This document shows positions 6,318 to 10,259 of a stretch of DNA of 10,259 nt, piece by piece; position 1 is the stretch's first letter, and every line of letters starts with the position of its first letter. Under the pieces are notes generated by a model. The model saw nothing but the letters and a program-made list of their open reading frames with translations. It had not been told where the DNA came from and did not search any database. The translations under genes and the position numbers were made by a program. Location: positions 1 to 10,259 of the forward strand of contig JAVYLZ010000023.1 in the NCBI GenBank assembly GCA_038740245.1. Reading direction: 5' to 3'. The stretch comes from Candidatus Micrarchaeia archaeon (lineage in GTDB: Archaea; Micrarchaeota; Micrarchaeia; CAILAH01).

Positions 6318-6848
6318 ATGGACAAGGATGAGAAGCTTGAGGAAGATGCCATAAGCAAGGGAGGCATCCTGCTCCTGATGTTTTTTGACTCGCACGGCAA
6401 TACTGAGGATGAGGTTAAAAACCGGCTCACCGAACTGTTCGCCAAGCTTGTAAAGGAGGACGGTGTTGTGTACGGCAGGGGCGAGATTGAGGTTCCGGTA
6501 AAAGAGGAGATTGAGGTGCCAGGGCCGGACGGCAAGCCCGTCAAGCAGGCAACGTATTCATCCTCAGGTGAAGTAAAAGTGCTCACAAAGGATTTCAGGA
6601 CTGCGTTCAGGCTTGCGAGCATGTACGGCCCTGTATATGTAGAGGTGCTCAAGCCGCAAAAAAGGATGGTTGGGTTTGAGGAAATGCAGGAAGTGCTTAA
6701 TGATGTTTCACAGACCAGCTATTCCTTATCGCAATTTATAGTCAAGAATACGCTAAAGGGCCCCGCGCTTGCGGCGTTTATGAAAAACATCAAGTACCGC
6801 GAGAAGCTGGGCGAAAAGCTGCGTGCGCAGGGCGGCAGCAAAAAGTGA
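6318..6848 (+). CDS. Hypothetical protein (alpha/beta, soluble)
   Basis: 176-aa ORF with coding-like Lys/Glu-rich composition that fills the gap between two genes. No motif recognised with confidence. Confidence 0.85.
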   Translation: MDKDEKLEEDAISKGGILLLMFFDSHGNTEDEVKNRLTELFAKLVKEDGVVYGRGEIEVPVKEEIEVPGPDGKPVKQATYSSSGEVKVLTKDFRTAFRLASMYGPVYVEVLKPQKRMVGFEEMQEVLNDVSQTSYSLSQFIVKNTLKGPALAAFMKNIKYREKLGEKLRAQGGSKK

Positions 6849-6857
6849 GGTGTTGCG

Positions 6858-7556
6858 ATGAAAGCAAGAAGCATTGACAAGGTGCCGAGCGGTGTGCCGG
6901 GGTTTGACGAGATTACCGACGGCGGGCTCATAAGGAACAGCATTGTTTCGCTTGCGGGGCATGTTGGCTCCGGAAAAACCATCTTTGGCATGCAGTTCCT
7001 GTATATGGGCGCAACGCAGTTTAACGAAAACGGCATGTACATCGGGTTTGAGGAACCAAAAAAGATGATGTACAGGAATATGCTAAAATTCGGGTGGAAT
7101 CTCAAGGGACTTGAGGACACGCAAAAGCTTACTTACCTGCAATATCCGGCGCACGAGGTTGACCTGTTCTTTGAGCAGGAGGACACGCTCATAAACCTCG
7201 TGGACAAGTTTGCAGTGGCGCGCGTGGTGGTTGACACAGTTACGGTGCTGGGGACGCATTTTCCGGATGTGCGCACGCGGCGCGAGGGCATGCTGAAGTT
7301 TATGGACAAGCTACGCAGGTGGGGCTGCACAACCATACTTATAGGCGAGCTTGGGGATACGACTGATGTCTCGCGCGATATTGACTCGCTTTCCGATGCG
7401 GTTATACACCTCACAAACACGCTTAGCAAAGGTGTCCGCAAACGCGGCATTGAGGTTGTGGAGATGCGCGGGTCAAAGCACTCAAACCGTGTGCACCCGC
7501 TGCACATCACCTCAAAGGGCATAGAGGTTGACCCTGAGTCAACGCTTGAGGTCTGA
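6858..7556 (+). CDS. Single-domain KaiC/RAD55-like RecA-superfamily ATPase
   Basis: VPSGVPGFDEITDGGL, Walker A GHVGSGKT, GFEE, Walker B VVVDT, SDAVI and MRGSKH. GAGGTG Shine-Dalgarno at 6847-6852. Confidence 0.92.
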   Translation: MKARSIDKVPSGVPGFDEITDGGLIRNSIVSLAGHVGSGKTIFGMQFLYMGATQFNENGMYIGFEEPKKMMYRNMLKFGWNLKGLEDTQKLTYLQYPAHEVDLFFEQEDTLINLVDKFAVARVVVDTVTVLGTHFPDVRTRREGMLKFMDKLRRWGCTTILIGELGDTTDVSRDIDSLSDAVIHLTNTLSKGVRKRGIEVVEMRGSKHSNRVHPLHITSKGIEVDPESTLEV

Positions 7557-7558
7557 AT

Positions 7559-8695
7559 ATGGGTGAATACACAGTAACTCCGTGGGAAGTGAGCGGCGCA
7601 GTTGACTATGAGCGCCTCATAAAGGAGTTTGGCACATCACGCATAGCTGAATCGCTAAAACAGCGGCTGCTCTCAAAAATGAAAGGCGGAGCGCATATGC
7701 TCCGCAGGGGATTCTTTTTCTCGCACAGGGACCTCAACCTTGTGCTTGACGATTACGATAGGGGAAAGGGGTTTTTCCTTTACACGGGCAGGGGGCCGAG
7801 CGGGCCCATGCACATCGGCCACATAATTCCGATGGTGTTCACAAAGCACTTGCAGGACGCATTCGGTGTCAATTTATACATACAAATAACAGATGATGAG
7901 AAGTTCCTTTACAAGCGGGAGCGCACGTGGGAGGAGATTGACAAGTATTCAGAGGACAACATACGCCACATTGCGGCGCTAGGGTTTGACCCCGACAGGA
8001 CGTTCATATTCAGGAATTCAGAGTATGTGCGCAACGTTTATCCCCTGCTGCTCAAGACTGCACGCAAAATTACATTTTCAACGGCCAAGGCGGTTTTCGG
8101 GTTCACAAACGAGACGAATATCGGGATGCTTATGTTCCCGGCATACCAGATAGTGCCAACATTTTTTGAGAGAAAAAGGTGCCTGATACCTGCTGCGATT
8201 GACCAGGACAATTACTGGAGGATACAGCGGGATATTGCGGAGGGGATGGGATACCAAAAGGCTGCGGCGATACATTCACAGTTCCTGCCGCCGCTTGCGG
8301 GCGTTTCAGGAAAAATGAGCTCCAGCAAAGAAGAGACCGCGGTATTCCTTACAGATGATGAAAAAACTGTAAAAAACAAGATAAACAAGTATGCGTTCTC
8401 AGGCGGGCGCACAACTGTTGAGGAGCACCGCAAGCTTGGGGGGGACACGAAAGTTGATGTGCCGTTCCAGTGGATGAGCCTGTTCTTTGAGCCGGATGAT
8501 GCCGAGCTTGAAAGGATAAAAAAGGAATATGAGAGCGGGAGGATGCTCAGCGGCGAGATGAAGCAGGAGGCAATACGGAGGATTAATGAGTTCCTTGCCA
8601 AGCACAATGAGGCCGTGCAAAAGGTAGATGTAGAAAAATATACGCATACCGGCAAGCTGGCCAAAAAAATGTGGGACACGATTTACAGTGAGTGA
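7559..8695 (+). CDS. trpS: Tryptophan--tRNA ligase (archaeal/eukaryotic type)
   Basis: VTPWEV, YTGRGPSGPMHIGH (HIGH), QITDDEKFL, AIDQD, KMSSS, YAFSGG. Confidence 0.98.
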   Translation: MGEYTVTPWEVSGAVDYERLIKEFGTSRIAESLKQRLLSKMKGGAHMLRRGFFFSHRDLNLVLDDYDRGKGFFLYTGRGPSGPMHIGHIIPMVFTKHLQDAFGVNLYIQITDDEKFLYKRERTWEEIDKYSEDNIRHIAALGFDPDRTFIFRNSEYVRNVYPLLLKTARKITFSTAKAVFGFTNETNIGMLMFPAYQIVPTFFERKRCLIPAAIDQDNYWRIQRDIAEGMGYQKAAAIHSQFLPPLAGVSGKMSSSKEETAVFLTDDEKTVKNKINKYAFSGGRTTVEEHRKLGGDTKVDVPFQWMSLFFEPDDAELERIKKEYESGRMLSGEMKQEAIRRINEFLAKHNEAVQKVDVEKYTHTGKLAKKMWDTIYSE

Positions 8696-8701
8696 GACGG
8701 T

Positions 8702-8989
8702 ATGGTAGTGCGTGCTAAGATTGTGGCAACAGGCAGGGTGCAGGGCGTGTTTTACCGCGCAACAGTAAAGGATATTGCGGACGGGATGCACATTACGGGC
8801 TATGCAAAAAACCTCAGGAACGGCAGTGTTGAAATTGTGTGCGAGTGCAGTTCCGAAGAGGATTTTGATGAATTCCTGCGGAGGATTGACATTAAAACTG
8901 AATACAGAATTTATGTTGAAAAGCTGATTATTGAGGAAAAGGAAATTGATGATGAAAGCAGATACTCAAAATTCAGCATATCGTACTAA
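8702..8989 (+). CDS. acyP: Acylphosphatase
   Basis: GRVQGVFYR phosphate-binding loop with catalytic Arg and GYAKNLRNGSVE with catalytic Asn; 95 aa. Confidence 0.94.
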   Translation: MVVRAKIVATGRVQGVFYRATVKDIADGMHITGYAKNLRNGSVEIVCECSSEEDFDEFLRRIDIKTEYRIYVEKLIIEEKEIDDESRYSKFSISY

Positions 8990-10035
8990 GCCCGCTTTTT
9001 CCTGCGTTTTTCTGCAGAGATCTTCCGTGCAACCAACTTCTTAACTTCCGAAGGCTCGTTCAGCCCTAATTGTTTCCAATCCAAACCGTATGGATCATAC
9101 TTCTGATTATTCACTTCAAAGTGACCGATAATGTGCTTATTATCATGTGGAATGCCATACCGCCCCTCAATGTCCCCAAGCAACGCCTTTAGGGAAGCAT
9201 ATTGGGCGTCCGTATATGTGCCGTCTCCGGGGCTTACAATCTCTATGCCGATAGAGCGCCTGTTATACCCTCTGGCGTGCCAGGCGGCGCGTTTCTCGTC
9301 TACAAGCTGATAGATCTTGCCATCACGATCGATTACATAATGCGCAGAAACTTTCCTCTCCCTTAAGACACGTATTGTATCCTCCACGTTATTCGTTTCA
9401 GTATGGTGCAATACTACGCAGTCTATTTTTTCCTCCCTTTCTTTGTAGCTGTTCTTATTCAAAGCGCGATGATACTTCTCCTCAATATGAATCGTGCGCG
9501 AGGGGATTGATTGCATTGTCTCCTCTTGTCTTTTAGGGGCAGCAACATTCTCTGCAAAGGCAGTTTTGGATAACACAGCGTACAGCGTGCGCTTGCCAAA
9601 CACACCATCAACCTTAAGCTTATTGCCTCTGTAGTCATACCCAAGTTTTTTCTGCAGGTCCTTTATGCTTTCTGCACCAAACGACTGCAGGAGCTCACGC
9701 GGCACTGAAAGCGAGACCTCACTGAGGTGCGGGTAAACCGCTCTGCGCAGCTGCACCAATTCGTCGTTCTTGTTATCCTCGTGCAATTTCTTGAACAGCG
9801 CAAGCAGTGTTTTTGGACCGAATACACCGTCAGCGGTGACACCTAATTTTTTCTGAAGTTCACCCACATCCTTAACTCCGTATAATGACTCTGCGATTGA
9901 AAGTGCTGTTTTAAAAACATCTTTCTTCTGTGAGATTTCAAGTGTAAGTGTTTTCTTGAGCATCTCGTACTCAAGCGAGTATAATTTTTTGAGCCGTTGT
10001 TCGGGTGTGAGCTCCTCTTTTTGCGCAAGCGCCAT
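8986..10035 (-). CDS. N-acetylmuramoyl-L-alanine amidase (Amidase_2, AmpD-like) with two N-terminal PG_binding_1-like repeats
   Basis: Catalytic domain motifs VVLHHT, VSAHYVIDRDG, AWHARGYNRRSIGIE, IIGHFEV and KYDP. Repeats LQKKLG..ADGVFGPKT and LQKKLG..VDGVFGKRT. ATG 10035 (MALAQK, 349 aa) is preferred; the upstream extension overlaps a divergent gene. Confidence 0.92.
   Translation of the reverse strand: MALAQKEELTPEQRLKKLYSLEYEMLKKTLTLEISQKKDVFKTALSIAESLYGVKDVGELQKKLGVTADGVFGPKTLLALFKKLHEDNKNDELVQLRRAVYPHLSEVSLSVPRELLQSFGAESIKDLQKKLGYDYRGNKLKVDGVFGKRTLYAVLSKTAFAENVAAPKRQEETMQSIPSRTIHIEEKYHRALNKNSYKEREEKIDCVVLHHTETNNVEDTIRVLRERKVSAHYVIDRDGKIYQLVDEKRAAWHARGYNRRSIGIEIVSPGDGTYTDAQYASLKALLGDIEGRYGIPHDNKHIIGHFEVNNQKYDPYGLDWKQLGLNEPSEVKKLVARKISAEKRRKKRA
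9574..9882 (-). repeat. Two degenerate peptidoglycan-binding repeats within the amidase (about 9882-9796 and 9681-9574)
   Basis: YGVKDVGELQKKLGV--TADGVFGPKTLLAL aligns with FGAESIKDLQKKLGY..KVDGVFGKRTLYAV. LQxxL...DGxFGxxT is the PG_binding_1 signature. Confidence 0.8.
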
Positions 10036-10051
10036 GCAATAATATTGCCGA

Positions 10052-10069
10052 AAACTAATTATATAGTTT
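10052..10069. promoter_or_regulatory. Putative bidirectional TATA box for the amidase (-) and RNase D-like gene (+)
   Basis: AAACTA-ATTATA-TAGTTT inverted repeat around a TATA core, near the middle of the 53-bp spacer. Confidence 0.55.
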
Positions 10070-10088
10070 GTGCTGCTAATGGGAGGCA

Positions 10089-10259
10089 ATGAGAAATGTG
10101 ATTTACGTACAGACCGATGAGGAGCTGAGGCGCGCCGCCGAGGAATGGGCGCGCGAAACGGATTTCGGTGTTGACACTGAAAGCGAGAACAACCTGCACC
10201 ATTACGGTGTTTACCTGTCAACGGTGCAGATATCAACGGCCAGCAAGCACTGGGTTGTG
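10089..10259 (+). CDS. Ribonuclease D-like DEDD 3'-5' exonuclease, N-terminal part; runs off the window end
   Basis: Manual translation: MRNVIYVQTDEELRRAAEEWARETDFGVDTESENNLHHYGVYLSTVQISTASKHWVV. It has ExoI VDTE followed by LHHY and xQIST, as in RNase D/Rrp6 family proteins. Not in the ORF track. Confidence 0.82.
   Translation, partial: MRNVIYVQTDEELRRAAEEWARETDFGVDTESENNLHHYGVYLSTVQISTASKHWVV

Noticed and set aside
6858..7556. Circadian clock (kaiABC) or RadA/RadB assignment
   Set aside because: Single domain with no kaiA/kaiB nearby; motifs fit the generic archaeal KaiC-like ATPases.
10036..10236. 67-aa N-terminal extension of the amidase (possible signal peptide)
   Set aside because: It overlaps the divergent RNase D-like gene and its promoter, and has no hydrophobic h-region.
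8986..10259. Prophage or mobile element around the amidase
   Set aside because: No holin, integrase, structural gene, att-like repeat or transposase is visible; the flanks are housekeeping-type genes.

Overview
Gene-dense archaeal chromosome segment, probably DPANN (Micrarchaeota-like; inferred from protein types and compact spacing). It holds a partial glycyl-tRNA synthetase (-, absent from the ORF track), a short Nop5, a metallophosphoesterase, eS1 and uS15, a DUF167-Toprim-DnaG run (-), a DUF475/TerC-like membrane protein, a hypothetical protein, a single-domain KaiC-like ATPase, TrpRS, acylphosphatase, a modular peptidoglycan amidase (-) and the start of an RNase D-like exonuclease (+, absent from the ORF track). 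Three things stand out. (1) An unannotated ~205-nt five-hairpin structured RNA at 5288->5082 (-) begins where a shared TATA box predicts a transcription start and runs up to the DUF167-Toprim-DnaG genes. (2) An endolysin-like Amidase_2 with two peptidoglycan-binding repeats, intact catalytic motifs and no signal peptide sits in an archaeon, which should have no peptidoglycan. (3) All three divergent junctions are 53-54 bp long with a single central, bidirectionally readable TATA box. No CRISPR array, tRNA, rRNA or mobile element was found.
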